NCBI GenBank assembly: GCA_001443005.1
Contig: LEKQ01000001.1
Span: 594,542-658,541, forward strand
Length of the DNA stretch: 64,000 nt
DNA from: a bacterium GBS-1
Lineage (GTDB): Bacteria; Synergistota; GBS-1
Direction of reading: 5' to 3'
Positions 51,335 to 62,426 of the stretch are shown here, piece by piece. Below the pieces are notes generated by a model that made no database searches, was not told the DNA's origin, and saw only the letters and a list, made by a program, of their open reading frames with translations. A program made the position numbers and the translations under genes. How positions within the stretch are numbered: the first letter of the stretch is position 1; each line of letters begins with the position of its first letter.

Positions 51335-52154
51335 CGAGGAGCCCCCTCCTCTCCAAGTGATATATAATCTCATGAGCGGTTTCCTCTATCGCCTTATTTG
51401 TAACATCTATCACAGGCACACCAAGCCTCCTCATCACCCCCTCCGCATACTCAAGCTCCTGAAGAACCCTCTCCAGCTTAACGTAATTGACCTCTGGTCC
51501 AAGGCCCATCAGCTTCAACCTCTCCTGTCTTATTTGAACAAGCTTCTCAGGGTGAATCGTTAGGCCGAAGATTCTCCTCCTGTCTATCTCCAACAACTCC
51601 TTAGGAACCTCCACCTCCGGGATAAGAGGAACGTTAGCAGCGAAAATGCCCCTATAAGCGAGATACATGGACACGGGCGTCTTTGAAGATCTGGAAACCC
51701 CTATTAAAACCACATCCGCGCCCTTAATTCCAGGAAGATATCTACCGTCATCACACTTTACTGCAAATTCTATAGCCCTTATCCTTCTAAAGTAGGCCTC
51801 ATCCATCCTCCTTAAAAGACCAGGACGCTCCTTAGCCCTCATCCCAGAGACTCTCTCAATCGAGGATATAACAGGGCCTAAAACGTCAACGCTAAATATC
51901 TCTGCCTCTTTGGCCTTCCTCATCATGTATTCTCTTAGGGCTGAAGAGGCTAGGGTATAAATTACCAAGGATGCACCTTCTTTCAAGGCCAGATTCATAA
52001 TCTCATCTATATTGGCCTTACTCGTAATAGAGGGGAATTTATCCAAAGTATAATTAAGGCCCTCAAATTGAGACAACGCAGCTTTACAAACCAACTCAGC
52101 TGTCTCACCTGTAGAATCGGAAACCACGAAAATTCGAAAGATCCCCCCAGGCAT
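51306..52154 (-). CDS. Pyruvate phosphate dikinase regulatory protein (bifunctional kinase/pyrophosphorylase, DUF299)
   Basis: IFVVSDSTGETAE N-terminus and GVSRSSKTP P-loop; directly upstream of ppdK. Confidence 0.8.
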   Translation of the reverse strand: MPGGIFRIFVVSDSTGETAELVCKAALSQFEGLNYTLDKFPSITSKANIDEIMNLALKEGASLVIYTLASSALREYMMRKAKEAEIFSVDVLGPVISSIERVSGMRAKERPGLLRRMDEAYFRRIRAIEFAVKCDDGRYLPGIKGADVVLIGVSRSSKTPVSMYLAYRGIFAANVPLIPEVEVPKELLEIDRRRIFGLTIHPEKLVQIRQERLKLMGLGPEVNYVKLERVLQELEYAEGVMRRLGVPVIDVTNKAIEETAHEIIYHLERRGLLDGRKADISV

Positions 52155-52156
52155 TA

Positions 52157-54232
52157 CTAAACCCCCAGCATCCAGATAGCACCTATCCTTTCAACACATT
52201 CCTTTATGGACTTAAGGAGCCTTAGCCTGTTTAATTTAAGCTCCTCCTGAGGAGCCATGACTAAAACCTTGTCGAAAAAGCGATTTATAAGATCAGTAAG
52301 AGAGAAAAGCTCCAGCAAAAACTCAGGGTAATCTCCACTAAGGAAGCTCTTTTCCGCCCTAGGTTTGACTTGAGAAAAGGCCTCGTAAAGCTCTCTCTCT
52401 GCCTCCTCGACTAAAAGCTCCTCCTTAACCTCTCCATCCACGCTTAACCCCTTCAATATGTTAACCACCCTTACGAAGGCTGAAACGAACCTCCTGAAAT
52501 CCTCCCTGTTAATGAACTCACTTAATACGGAAGCCCTCCTTAAAAGCTCATATGGCTTAAACCAATCTGAAGCTATAACGCATTCAGAAAGCGCGTGCTC
52601 AAAACCCTTCTCCTTCAGCTGGTTAAATATTCTATTTTTAAGAAATTCAAATACCTCCTCCTTCACACCATTGGGAGCCTTAAGAAGCTCAACACTCCTT
52701 AAAACCAAGTAATCCAAGGACAGGGTTAATCCCCTCTGCCATATTATCTCATTTATGGCACGAGCCTGCCTTCTTAAAGCGTACGGATCCTGAGAACCGG
52801 TTGGTGCCAAACCAGCCATGAAACAAGCTACTATCGTATCCATCTTATCAGCCAAGCTCACAATTGTGCCCGTCCACGTCTTGGGCAGTTCATCTCCAGC
52901 AAAGCGCGGAAGATAATGCTCATATATACCCCAAGCTACTTCCTCACTCTCACCGAACTTTAAAGCATATTCTCTTCCCATTATCCCTTGAAGCTCTGGA
53001 AACTCGCTAACCATATCTGTAACGAGGTCAGCTTTGGCGAGATAAGCGGTTCTAGAAACCACTTCTGAAGAGACAGGAAAACCAAGAATGGCATTAATAT
53101 CAAGCGATAAGGCCCTTATCCTTTCCATCTTATCATACATCGTCCCCACTTTCTCAAGAAATACAACGCCCTTAAGAAGGGGAACTCTATCCTCAAGGGG
53201 AACCTCAAGATCCTTTTTATAATAAAAGTCTGCGTCCTCAAAGCGAGCCTCTAAAACTCTTTCATACCCCTCGATTATGGGATCCATAACTGATGCCCTA
53301 TTATTGCTGACAGCTATAAAATGGGGCAAAAGTTTACCATCCCCAGAGTAAACCGGGAAGTACCTCTGATTAACCTTCATAACCATAACGAGAACTTCGC
53401 TCGGAAGCTTGAGAAATTCCTCCCTAAAATCCCCCTTAACTACAACTGGGTATTCCGTTAAAAAGACGTTTTCCTCAAGCAGATCCTCATCTACCAACTC
53501 CTTTCCCCCGACGCTTCTCTGAAGCTTCTTAACCCCCTCTTCTATTATGGTCCTCCTCTTCGCTGGGTCAAATATGACAAACTCCCTCTCTAAACTAAAG
53601 AAGAAGTCCTTCACATCTTTCACCTCAAACTCAGCCCGTCCCATAAACCTATGCCCCCGCGTCCTTCTACCGCTTTTAATTCCGTCAAGCTCAAACTCTA
53701 TTACCTCATCTCCATAGAGAGCCAAAAACCAGCGTATGGGTCTTAGAAACTTCAGGCTCCCCTTCCATCTCATAGACTTAGGAAGGGGTAAAGATGTAAC
53801 AAGTCGAGGCAAAAGATAAGCCAAAACTTCCGCTGTCTTCCTTCCTTTATGCCTTTTGATGGCGAAAACATACTCCCCCTGATCCGTATCCTTCACAACA
53901 AGATCCTCTACCCTAACCCCTCTTGATCTGGCAAAGCCAATTGCGGCTTGTGTAGGCAAGCCATTAGCATCGAAAGCAACTCTTCTTGCAGGTCCCTTAA
54001 TCTCTTCGATCAGATCCTCTTGATCCTCGGAAAGCCCCTTTACGAACAGAATGAGCCTCCTTGGCGTACCAAAGGTCTCCACCTCATCAAACTTCAAGCG
54101 CTCACTGTTAAATATTGAAAGGGATAACTCCTTAAGTAAATGAAGGAGCTCAGGGATGCTTCTTGCTGGTAGTTCTTCAGTCCCTATCTCAAAAACTAAG
54201 TCCCTCACCATTTTCAAAACAACCCCCTTCAA
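52157..54232 (-). CDS. glyS: Glycine--tRNA ligase beta subunit
   Basis: N-terminus [12 protein letters not shown]; 691 aa; follows glyQ. Confidence 0.9.
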   Translation of the reverse strand: MKGVVLKMVRDLVFEIGTEELPARSIPELLHLLKELSLSIFNSERLKFDEVETFGTPRRLILFVKGLSEDQEDLIEEIKGPARRVAFDANGLPTQAAIGFARSRGVRVEDLVVKDTDQGEYVFAIKRHKGRKTAEVLAYLLPRLVTSLPLPKSMRWKGSLKFLRPIRWFLALYGDEVIEFELDGIKSGRRTRGHRFMGRAEFEVKDVKDFFFSLEREFVIFDPAKRRTIIEEGVKKLQRSVGGKELVDEDLLEENVFLTEYPVVVKGDFREEFLKLPSEVLVMVMKVNQRYFPVYSGDGKLLPHFIAVSNNRASVMDPIIEGYERVLEARFEDADFYYKKDLEVPLEDRVPLLKGVVFLEKVGTMYDKMERIRALSLDINAILGFPVSSEVVSRTAYLAKADLVTDMVSEFPELQGIMGREYALKFGESEEVAWGIYEHYLPRFAGDELPKTWTGTIVSLADKMDTIVACFMAGLAPTGSQDPYALRRQARAINEIIWQRGLTLSLDYLVLRSVELLKAPNGVKEEVFEFLKNRIFNQLKEKGFEHALSECVIASDWFKPYELLRRASVLSEFINREDFRRFVSAFVRVVNILKGLSVDGEVKEELLVEEAERELYEAFSQVKPRAEKSFLSGDYPEFLLELFSLTDLINRFFDKVLVMAPQEELKLNRLRLLKSIKECVERIGAIWMLGV

Positions 54233-55110
54233 AACTTGTTAAGCAATGGAAAGCCCATCTCTTCCCTTTGCTTTATATAAGCTAAGGCGCACTTCCTAGC
54301 AAGATTTCTAACCCTTGAGATATAGTGAGTCCTTTCGGCAACGCTTATAGCCCCTCTCGCATCAAGGAGATTAAAGGTATGAGAGCATTTAAGAACGTAA
54401 TCATAAGAAGGAAGAACCAGCCCTTTCTCAACAAGTCTTGCAGCCTCCCTTTCATACATCTCAAAGAGCTTTTGAAGCATATCCACATCAGCCTCATCAA
54501 AGTTATATATTGAGTACTCAACCTCTCCCTTGTGATGTATGTCTCCATAGGTAACCGACCCAACCCACTTAAGCTCGAAGACGGATTTAACCTTCTGAAT
54601 GAACATGGCTATCCTCTCAATCCCATAGGTCAGCTCAACGGGTATGGGATCAAGGTCAACTCCCCCAACCTGCTGAAAGTAGGTGAATTGGGTTATCTCC
54701 ATACCATCGAGCCATACCTCCCATCCCATACCCCATGCGCCCAAAGTAGGGGCCTCCCAATCATCCTCCACAAACCTAATATCATGCTCTTTTGGATCTA
54801 TACCAAGGGCTTCCAAGCTCTTGAGATAAAGTTCCTGAACGTCATCAGGAGCTGGCTTCAATATCACCTGATATTGGTAGTAATGCTGAAGCCTATTGGG
54901 ATTCTCGCCATATCTCCCATCGGTAGGACGACGAGAGGGCTCCACATAGGCCACACGCCAGGGTTCCGGTCCTAAAGACCTCAAAGTGGTGGCAGGATTC
55001 ATGGTCCCCGCCCCAACCTCGATATCATATGGCTGTTGGATAACACATCCCTGTTCAGCCCAAAACCTTTCAAGCCTAAATATCACTTCCTGAAAGTTCA
55101 AACTTAACAC
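54229..55110 (-). CDS. glyQ: Glycine--tRNA ligase alpha subunit
   Basis: Strongly conserved [29 protein letters not shown] and [19 protein letters not shown] blocks. Confidence 0.9.
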   Translation of the reverse strand: MLSLNFQEVIFRLERFWAEQGCVIQQPYDIEVGAGTMNPATTLRSLGPEPWRVAYVEPSRRPTDGRYGENPNRLQHYYQYQVILKPAPDDVQELYLKSLEALGIDPKEHDIRFVEDDWEAPTLGAWGMGWEVWLDGMEITQFTYFQQVGGVDLDPIPVELTYGIERIAMFIQKVKSVFELKWVGSVTYGDIHHKGEVEYSIYNFDEADVDMLQKLFEMYEREAARLVEKGLVLPSYDYVLKCSHTFNLLDARGAISVAERTHYISRVRNLARKCALAYIKQREEMGFPLLNKF

Positions 55111-55813
55111 CCCCCAATATCTTATCAGATACCAATTTCAAATATAAAGAAATTTCTTTCAAATATTTTAAATCAAAAGCTCTACTTTTAAAAGTGGCAA
55201 AGGAACCTTTTTGAGCATCTCGCATTATAGTTATAGCCTCGTCATCAAGCTTGATAACCTCTCCTGAAGAGCAATCCTCACAAAGAGGAAAAAGCGAATC
55301 CCCACTTACATAGGCCACTCCCCTAAGATCTTGACCGCAGGAATAGCAGACATCAAATCTAGGAAGATAGCCAAGGATGTTAAGAACCTTAACGGAAGCA
55401 ACAAGCTCACCAAGGGTAGGGTCGCCATCCTCCTCAAGAAATTTCAAAAAGGCAAGGGAAGAATCAAACAGCTTCGGCTCAGGAAGCTCATAGGGAAGAA
55501 GTTCCTCAATAAGACGAAGATAAGATAGGCTCGCCCTCAACCTATCTAAAGAGGACCTTACCTTCCAGAAACTCCTTCCCAAATCAAACTCTTTAAGATA
55601 AAGGTTCCCACGCGTAGAGCGATAAACGCTCATCACCCCATAATTCAATGGCTCTAGGAGACCCCCAAACCTATTTGGAATCTTAGCGGCACCAGGTGCG
55701 ATAACCAAAAGCTTCCCCTTCTCTCTCGTAAAGATGGAGAGAAGCTTATCTGATCTCACAACTTTCCTGCCAAGGATTAAAGCATGAAGGTGGATAAACC
55801 TATCGAAAACCAT
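55076..55813 (-). CDS. recO: DNA repair protein RecO
   Basis: 245 aa with C-terminal Cys cluster (CYSCG...CEDCS); sits in era-recO-glyQS order. Confidence 0.8.
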   Translation of the reverse strand: MVFDRFIHLHALILGRKVVRSDKLLSIFTREKGKLLVIAPGAAKIPNRFGGLLEPLNYGVMSVYRSTRGNLYLKEFDLGRSFWKVRSSLDRLRASLSYLRLIEELLPYELPEPKLFDSSLAFLKFLEEDGDPTLGELVASVKVLNILGYLPRFDVCYSCGQDLRGVAYVSGDSLFPLCEDCSSGEVIKLDDEAITIMRDAQKGSFATFKSRAFDLKYLKEISLYLKLVSDKILGGVKFELSGSDI

Positions 55814-55819
55814 TTCCCC

Positions 55820-56743
55820 TCAATACTCCGAAAAACCTAACCTCCTAACATCGCTCTCCGACATTCTCCAGTCCTCTCTAACCTTAACCCAAAGCTCAAG
55901 GAAAACCTTCGACCCTAAGATATGTTCTATCTCTTCCCGAGCCATCCTCCCTATCTTCTTGAGCATGCTTCCCCCTTTACCTATGACTATCTTCCTATGA
56001 GAATCTCTCTCCACATATATAGTAGCCCTTATGTAAACCAGATTCTTGTTCTCTCTCCTTTCCATCTCTTCCAGAACAACCGCAACCGAGTAAGGTATCT
56101 CCTGATGAAGCTCATTAAACAGCTTCTCCCTTATTATCTCCGATATCAAAAACTTAAGCGACTGATCAGTAACCATGTTATCTGGGTAAAGGGGTTCACC
56201 ATAAGGTAAGTGCTCAAATATCTTCTCGATAAGTACATCCAAGTTGGTTCCCTTAAAGGCAGAGATGGGTATAACCTCCCTGAAGTAAAGCTTATCCTGA
56301 TAAAGCTCAATAGCTCTCCAAAAGGCCTCCTTATATTCAAGCAGATCTATCTTATTAACCAAGAGAAACTTGGGAGTATCTACCTTACTCAAAAGGGATA
56401 TTATGATCTCATCCTCGGGTGATATCTCCTGATCGCTTGCCTCAACCAAGTAAAGTATAAGGTCAACCCCTTCAAGCGACTCCATGGCTATCTTAACCAT
56501 CTCTTCCCCCAAAAGATGCCTTGGCTTATGAATTCCAGGCGTATCAATGAAAACTATCTGTCCCTCCGGCCGAGTGAGAATCCCTCTAACTTGGGTCCTC
56601 GTGGTCTGAGGCTTGGGAGAAACTATAGCGACCTTCCTCCCCAAAAGAGCATTCATTAGGGTTGACTTTCCCACATTTGGTCTTCCGACCAAAGCAACGA
56701 AGCCCATCTTTTTCTTGCTCACCTTATCAGTTTGAACCCCCAT
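55820..56743 (-). CDS. era: GTPase Era
   Basis: G1 GRPNVGKST, G3 DTPG, C-terminal KH domain. Confidence 0.9.
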   Translation of the reverse strand: MGVQTDKVSKKKMGFVALVGRPNVGKSTLMNALLGRKVAIVSPKPQTTRTQVRGILTRPEGQIVFIDTPGIHKPRHLLGEEMVKIAMESLEGVDLILYLVEASDQEISPEDEIIISLLSKVDTPKFLLVNKIDLLEYKEAFWRAIELYQDKLYFREVIPISAFKGTNLDVLIEKIFEHLPYGEPLYPDNMVTDQSLKFLISEIIREKLFNELHQEIPYSVAVVLEEMERRENKNLVYIRATIYVERDSHRKIVIGKGGSMLKKIGRMAREEIEHILGSKVFLELWVKVREDWRMSESDVRRLGFSEY

Positions 56744-57117
56744 GGAAGTAAATCCTTTAGCCTCCTCTCAATGAAACTTCCATCTGGCTTCGCCATAATA
56801 ACTAAGAGATCTTCAGAAAACTCATAAAGCGTCTGCCTACAGGCACCGCAAGGGTAAATGAAATCTGAAGAATCACCAACTACAGCTATGACTTCAAACT
56901 CCCTACACCCATTCGCAACGGCACTAAAGAGAGCGACACGCTCAGCGCAGATAGTCAAACCATAGGAAGAGTTTTCAACATTGCATCCCCAAAATATCTT
57001 ACCATCCTTAGATAGTATAGCCGAACCGACCCTAAAGCCAGAATAAGGAGCGTAAGCCCGCTCCATCGCTTTAAGCGCCGCTTTAATCAGTTTGACTTTC
57101 TCAATCTCTGTAACCAA
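56719..57117 (-). CDS. cdd: Cytidine deaminase
   Basis: Zinc-binding CAER...PCGACRQ motifs; 132 aa. Confidence 0.85.
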   Translation of the reverse strand: MVTEIEKVKLIKAALKAMERAYAPYSGFRVGSAILSKDGKIFWGCNVENSSYGLTICAERVALFSAVANGCREFEVIAVVGDSSDFIYPCGACRQTLYEFSEDLLVIMAKPDGSFIERRLKDLLPWGFKLIR

Positions 57118-58135
57118 CGAGACTCACCTTCTCACTCTTTTCCACCTCTATCCTTATTCCAAAGAACTCTAGGCTCTTCTCTATGAGCCTTAAGGCAGAG
57201 CTCAAAACCTCAGGATTTCCAACAGCCTTTATGATAACCGGATCAACCGGAATCGGTCTATGATTAACCAAGATCACGGGACCAACGCACCTTATGGATG
57301 ACTGAACCACTAACCTTTCCCCTCCTACCTGAATGCCAAGAGCTCCAGCGGCGAAGAGCTCATTAACTATATCCCTGAGGTCGCTATCGTGTATTATATG
57401 GGCTTCGCCCTCTTTTTTCTTAGCATCATAAACCTTAAGGATAATTCCCTCCCCCTCTAGGGGAGCAAAGCCTGCCAAGCTGGCTAAAGTGTCAAGACGG
57501 CTTTTCAAGCTCATGATCTCCCCCTTAAGGCTATCCAATCTGCTTTTAAGCATGTCCTCAGTTAAAACTACCACCTTTCCCTGTGATACCTCAAACCTAA
57601 AGGTAGAGGAAATTTGACGGAATAGAGGAATCTCCTCTATCTTGGAGATGGTTTCACCAGAAAGCAACCCCCGAGGAGCCTCCACTTCAACCCTACTCCC
57701 ATCTTCAGCCCTTCTTATGACTATCTCAGCAACTCCATCGAACACTCTAACCTTGCTATCGGAAGCGATAAGATTAACAACCTCCCTTAAGTGATGATTC
57801 TTAGCCTCATTTAAGATAGCATCATAAACGAGACTACCATGATGAAGCAAAGCGCCTATAGTCTCCTCCGCGGTTGAAGAAGATTCGGTCTCAAACCGAA
57901 GTCTGGCAAGAGCGCTCCTAACGGAAGGGTAGTTTGAAACTCCAAGCTGATTCGCTAAAAGCTGATAGTATTGAAGAAGGATAACAGCCATACCTTTAGC
58001 CTTTTTGAGCTCTGCAGCTCTACCACCTAAACCACCAATATCTATTAATTTAACTAGGAAAACGGTGTTAACGGCCAAAAGTATTAGAAGTATCCACAGA
58101 ATCCAATTTTCTCTTTTCTTCGTATTCCAAAGCAT
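57101..58135 (-). CDS. DUF881-family membrane-anchored protein
   Basis: N-terminal TM segment; C-terminal DSDLRDIVNELFAAGALGIQVGGERL resembles DUF881. Assignment from memory, moderate. Confidence 0.5.
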   Translation of the reverse strand: MLWNTKKRENWILWILLILLAVNTVFLVKLIDIGGLGGRAAELKKAKGMAVILLQYYQLLANQLGVSNYPSVRSALARLRFETESSSTAEETIGALLHHGSLVYDAILNEAKNHHLREVVNLIASDSKVRVFDGVAEIVIRRAEDGSRVEVEAPRGLLSGETISKIEEIPLFRQISSTFRFEVSQGKVVVLTEDMLKSRLDSLKGEIMSLKSRLDTLASLAGFAPLEGEGIILKVYDAKKKEGEAHIIHDSDLRDIVNELFAAGALGIQVGGERLVVQSSIRCVGPVILVNHRPIPVDPVIIKAVGNPEVLSSALRLIEKSLEFFGIRIEVEKSEKVSLVGYRD

Positions 58136-58751
58136 TTTTCTTCTCCTCCAATAATTCGCTCGCTAAAACTCCTGCTGAAACCACAAACTTTAATGCCTGA
58201 TCCACCGTGATGGGAATGCGAATGACCTCACTTGCTGGGACGAGAAGCACGAAACCCGATGTAGGATTAGGAGCTGTGGGCACAAAAATCGTAAGGAACT
58301 CATCCTTATCGACACAAGAAACAAATTTTCCTCCTTTACTCGTAACGAGCCCCATCGAATAAATTCCCTTACGCGGGAACTCCACCAAAACGACCTCCCT
58401 AAAGGAGCTTTTCTCTTTAACCAGAAAAACTTCAAGTACCTGCTTTATGGTCATGTAAACCCCCCTGACGAAGGGGATCATCGAGACCAATCCCTCTAAT
58501 AGCGAAACCAATCTTCTCCCTATATAGTGGGCTGTCAACATACCTATCAGAATTGTCAGTAAAACGAAGACTCCAAGGAACAAAAAGCTTATACCAGGGA
58601 TCTTATAACTCGTGAGCTTGAAAACTATCCTTCCAAGATTAGCATCGACCCAAAGGAAGATCTGATAGAAAACGTATAAAGTTATCGTTAAGGGAATGAC
58701 AACTATAAGCCCAGCAAAGAAGTAATGTCTAATCCTCCTCAGCCCTTCCAC
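58068..58751 (-). CDS. DUF502-family membrane protein
   Basis: N-terminal FFAGLIVVIPLTITLYVF and second TM segment; about 227 aa. Confidence 0.55.
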   Translation of the reverse strand: MEGLRRIRHYFFAGLIVVIPLTITLYVFYQIFLWVDANLGRIVFKLTSYKIPGISFLFLGVFVLLTILIGMLTAHYIGRRLVSLLEGLVSMIPFVRGVYMTIKQVLEVFLVKEKSSFREVVLVEFPRKGIYSMGLVTSKGGKFVSCVDKDEFLTIFVPTAPNPTSGFVLLVPASEVIRIPITVDQALKFVVSAGVLASELLEEKKNALEYEEKRKLDSVDTSNTFGR

Positions 58752-60003
58752 CCTCTTCCTTCAAAACCATAACCCTCTTGATTCTATTCCTTTTGACCTC
58801 AAGGACCTTTAGCTTAAGATTTTTGAAGTTAACCTCTTCTCCTGTCCGAGGGATCCTCCCAAGCAATGAGAAGAGTAGACCTGCTACCGTATCATAGTCC
58901 CTTTCCTCAAGATCACTATCGCCCTCGATACCGAACAGCTCAAGAAGCTCGTCGAGGTTCATCTTTCCATCGACTACATAGACCTCCTCTCCAACCTTTT
59001 CCACAGGTGGGAGCTCCTTATCGTATTCATCCTCTATCTCCCCCACTATCTCCTCAAGAATATCCTCCATTGTAACCAAACCTGCGGTTCCACCATATTC
59101 ATCTATCACTATCGCTATATGAATCTTTCTCTGCCTTAACTCCTCGAAGAGCTCCTTAACAGGTTTGGTCTCGGGAACGAAGTAGGGAGAGCGAGCTAAT
59201 CTCCCAACCTTCTCATCCCACTTACCAGCGGCTATCACGGGAAGTAGATCCTTAGCGTAGAGTATGCCTATGATATTATCTATATCATTCTCAAAAATGG
59301 GTATTCGAGAATGACCATAATCCTCCACCACCCTTACTGCATCCCTAACATCGGAGGTAGATTCCAAGCAAACCATATCAGGTCTTGGAACCATGATCTC
59401 TCTGACTACCTTATCTCCAAGATCTATAACGCTCCTTATCATCTTCCTTTCCTCTTCCTCGAGATCCACCTCTTCACCTCTAGATAAGAGAATCTCAAGC
59501 TCCTCTCTCGTAATAAGAGGGTAAAGGAATTTTTTGCTTTCCCCTCCCAAGAGCTCAACGATCTTAGAAAATACGATCGCAACAGGGTAAAAGACCAGCG
59601 ATAACAAATACATAGTGTATATAACTCTTTTGGCTATATCCTCAGAATATCTTAGCGCCAACCCCTTTGGCGTTATCTCACCGAAAAAGAGTATCACTAA
59701 GGTCATTATACCTATGGCAAAACCAACACCAAGGTTAGGGAAGATCTTCAGGGATAAGGATGTAGCTAACGCAGATGCGGTTATATTAACTAAGTTGTTG
59801 CCTATGAGTATAGCCACAAGCACCCTCTGAGGATCATCTAAGAAAAACTCCCAAGCCTTTGCTTTAGATGGGGTAGTTTTCATCAAGCTAAGTATCTTAG
59901 TCTTGCTTAAAGATACAAGCGCAGTTTCCGAAGCCGAGAAAAGAGCTGATAGAGAAACGAACAAAGCTAAAAGAAACAAATCCGCTTTAGGAACTTCCAT
60001 CAC
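58729..60003 (-). CDS. HlyC/CorC-family transporter (DUF21 + CBS pair + CorC_HlyC)
   Basis: N-terminal DUF21 membrane domain (SASETALVSLSK), CBS region, C-terminal transporter-associated domain. Confidence 0.8.
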   Translation of the reverse strand: MMEVPKADLFLLALFVSLSALFSASETALVSLSKTKILSLMKTTPSKAKAWEFFLDDPQRVLVAILIGNNLVNITASALATSLSLKIFPNLGVGFAIGIMTLVILFFGEITPKGLALRYSEDIAKRVIYTMYLLSLVFYPVAIVFSKIVELLGGESKKFLYPLITREELEILLSRGEEVDLEEEERKMIRSVIDLGDKVVREIMVPRPDMVCLESTSDVRDAVRVVEDYGHSRIPIFENDIDNIIGILYAKDLLPVIAAGKWDEKVGRLARSPYFVPETKPVKELFEELRQRKIHIAIVIDEYGGTAGLVTMEDILEEIVGEIEDEYDKELPPVEKVGEEVYVVDGKMNLDELLELFGIEGDSDLEERDYDTVAGLLFSLLGRIPRTGEEVNFKNLKLKVLEVKRNRIKRVMVLKEEGGRAEED

Positions 60004-60469
60004 CTGACTCTTCCTTCTTAAAGCCTTCCAAATACTCCCTTTCCTTTAAACGCATCTTTGCAGCTTCCTCTTCAGAAGCATGATCATAACCAAGAAGATG
60101 AAGCAATCCGTGAATGACAAGAAGCTTCACCTCAGATGCAGGGTCCCAACCAGCTTCCTGAGCCTGAGAAATAGCCCTATCTATCGAGACCATCACCTCT
60201 CCTAAAAGGAAGAAGGGCGCACGCTCATCAATATCGTCATGCATTGGGAAAGATAAAACATCAGTTGAGCCCTTCCTCCCAGTGAAAGCCTCATTTACAG
60301 GTATCATCTCTCTATCGGTCACGAAGGTAAGGCTCACCTTCATTTTCGAAAGCTTAATCGAATCCCTATACTCCCTCCCTACCACCATGCGCGTTATCTC
60401 TCTTATCTCCTTCTGGGTTAATCCCACCCTCCTTAGAAGCTTCCCTTGATCGTTTATTAGAACTCTCAC
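59987..60469 (-). CDS. ybeY: rRNA maturation endoribonuclease YbeY
   Basis: HGLLHLLGYDH zinc-binding motif. Confidence 0.85.
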   Translation of the reverse strand: MRVLINDQGKLLRRVGLTQKEIREITRMVVGREYRDSIKLSKMKVSLTFVTDREMIPVNEAFTGRKGSTDVLSFPMHDDIDERAPFFLLGEVMVSIDRAISQAQEAGWDPASEVKLLVIHGLLHLLGYDHASEEEAAKMRLKEREYLEGFKKEESGDGSS

Positions 60470-62426
60470 CGTTCTTTCCCCCCTCTGGATACTCTATCCT
60501 CGAATGATACATCCCCCTAAGAACTTTAACGAAAGTATATACTATCCTCTCCAGATCCCTAAAGGATAACGGAGATTCGTTCAATTGCCCATCTTCTACT
60601 TTCATCTTTATCGCCTCTCTCACCAACCCCTCAAGCTTAGACGGCGTAAGTTCTGTTAACAATCTAGCTGAAGCTTCAACGCAATCCGCAAGCATAACTA
60701 TAGCGGCCTCCTTAGTCTGAGGCTTTGGACCAGGATACCTAAAATCGTCTGGGTTCACTGCATCGCCCATTTCCTCCTTAGCCTTATGATAGAAGTAGGA
60801 AACAACACTTGTTCCATGATGCTGAAGAATTATATCGACAACCGGTTGAGGAAGTTTATACTCCCTAGCCAACTCTAAGCCATCCTTAACGTGGGAGGTC
60901 ACAACAAGCAAACTAAGATGAGGCGTTATTTTCTCATGGTAGTTTTTCTCGTCAACCTGATTCTCTATGAAAAGGTGTGGTCTTTTAAGCTTGCCTATGT
61001 CATGGTAGTAGGAGCCAACCCTGGCAAGCAGAGCGTCAGCCCCTATCTCATCCGCTGCTGCCTCGGCCAGATTAGCTACCAAAAGGCTATGATGATAGGT
61101 TCCCGGAGCCTCAACCTGAAGCCTTCTTAATAGGGGATGAGATGGGTCAGCAAGCTCAAGGAGCCTAAGGGGAGAAAAGAGCCCGAAAAGGCTTTCCACA
61201 TAGGGAAGTCCACCTGCAACGACTATGCTTGAACCAACACCGTTAAGAAAGCCCAAGAAACCGTTTAAAAGCATCACCCTTGTGGGAATATTCAGGAACA
61301 GACCGATGGCAGTTAAAGCGATCCCGTTAACCACTCCCATTATTACTCCCGCTCTTATGAAGGAGCCCCTATGCCTTATCCCTCTCAGCTCCTTTATACC
61401 AGCAATACCACCGAATATGCCCAATACGAGGGGAGCAAAACCAGCGCCCTTAAAGAAGCTCAAGGCAAATGCCAGAATCCAAGTCATGAAAATAGCAAAC
61501 CTAGGACATATCAATACAGCGTAAGACAAAGGAACTATGCCTATGGGAACCAAGGTAGGAAAGACAGGGGTCAGGATCCTCCCCAAGAAGAAAAGTAGGG
61601 AAACGGAAAAGAATATAAAGAGAAGCAGACCTATATCCTCAAAGCCCTTACTATACCAGATGGCTAAGTAGATATAGATAATCCAAATCAAAAGAAGCGA
61701 AACGATAAGTATCCCGATCAACTTTAGGGTTATCTTGGATTTAGAGAAGCCCAAAGCCTCAAGGATTAAGATATGCTCCCTTTTAAGCGGCTCACCCTTA
61801 CGAACGACGGTCTCCCCTCTATGAACCCTCAGGGTAACGGGTCTTACCTCTCTTACAGCAAGGAGCCTCTGTTTTTCCGTTTCAGTCTCATCAAGCCTAA
61901 CGTTAGGCTTAAGCTCGGCCTCAAGAATATCCTTAAGCTTGGTTATAACATCCTCATGTAGGGTTATCTCTGAAGCACGTTTCAAAATTCCCTCCAGCAA
62001 AGCGGGCAAGGACTCCTGAGAGATGCCCTTAGAATACCCCTCTTCAAGCACCTTAAGGATATGATCTCTCTGCTCAGGAAGAAGCTCCTCCAAGCCTGAA
62101 AGCCTCTCTTTAACCTTCGCTAAGACCTCCTCAACAACCCTCTCATCGGCGATGAACACACCCCTTATTCTCGAAGCAACCCTCTCTTTAAGCTTTTGTG
62201 TCTCTTCTTCATCTATAATCTCCACATCCTTATGAGCCACTATATCGTAAGGAGCCTTCTCCCCAACCCCAACCGAAAAAGCTAAGATGGACAGCCAATC
62301 CCACGAAAGCATAAAGAAAGCACTTAACCCTATACCCATTAAGACCAGTATTAAACTAAGCTTAACCTTAATGCGCCTTAAAGTGTCTTTTAAACCACTA
62401 CTGCCGTTGCTTTTCCCGCGACTCAT
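60366..62426 (-). CDS. 7TM-receptor-linked HD-domain phosphohydrolase (PgpH/YqfF-like)
   Basis: Extracytoplasmic N-region, multi-TM block, C-terminal HD domain (YYHDIGKLKRPHLF); sits in the phoH-yqfF-ybeY order. Confidence 0.8.
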   Translation of the reverse strand: MSRGKSNGSSGLKDTLRRIKVKLSLILVLMGIGLSAFFMLSWDWLSILAFSVGVGEKAPYDIVAHKDVEIIDEEETQKLKERVASRIRGVFIADERVVEEVLAKVKERLSGLEELLPEQRDHILKVLEEGYSKGISQESLPALLEGILKRASEITLHEDVITKLKDILEAELKPNVRLDETETEKQRLLAVREVRPVTLRVHRGETVVRKGEPLKREHILILEALGFSKSKITLKLIGILIVSLLLIWIIYIYLAIWYSKGFEDIGLLLFIFFSVSLLFFLGRILTPVFPTLVPIGIVPLSYAVLICPRFAIFMTWILAFALSFFKGAGFAPLVLGIFGGIAGIKELRGIRHRGSFIRAGVIMGVVNGIALTAIGLFLNIPTRVMLLNGFLGFLNGVGSSIVVAGGLPYVESLFGLFSPLRLLELADPSHPLLRRLQVEAPGTYHHSLLVANLAEAAADEIGADALLARVGSYYHDIGKLKRPHLFIENQVDEKNYHEKITPHLSLLVVTSHVKDGLELAREYKLPQPVVDIILQHHGTSVVSYFYHKAKEEMGDAVNPDDFRYPGPKPQTKEAAIVMLADCVEASARLLTELTPSKLEGLVREAIKMKVEDGQLNESPLSFRDLERIVYTFVKVLRGMYHSRIEYPEGGKNGESSNKRSREASKEGGINPEGDKRDNAHGGREGV

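Noticed and set aside
49469-51563. Plus-strand ORFs of 207, 218 and 188 aa antisense to ppdK
   Set aside because: Embedded in a highly conserved 900-aa gene; translations are low-complexity and lack recognisable motifs.
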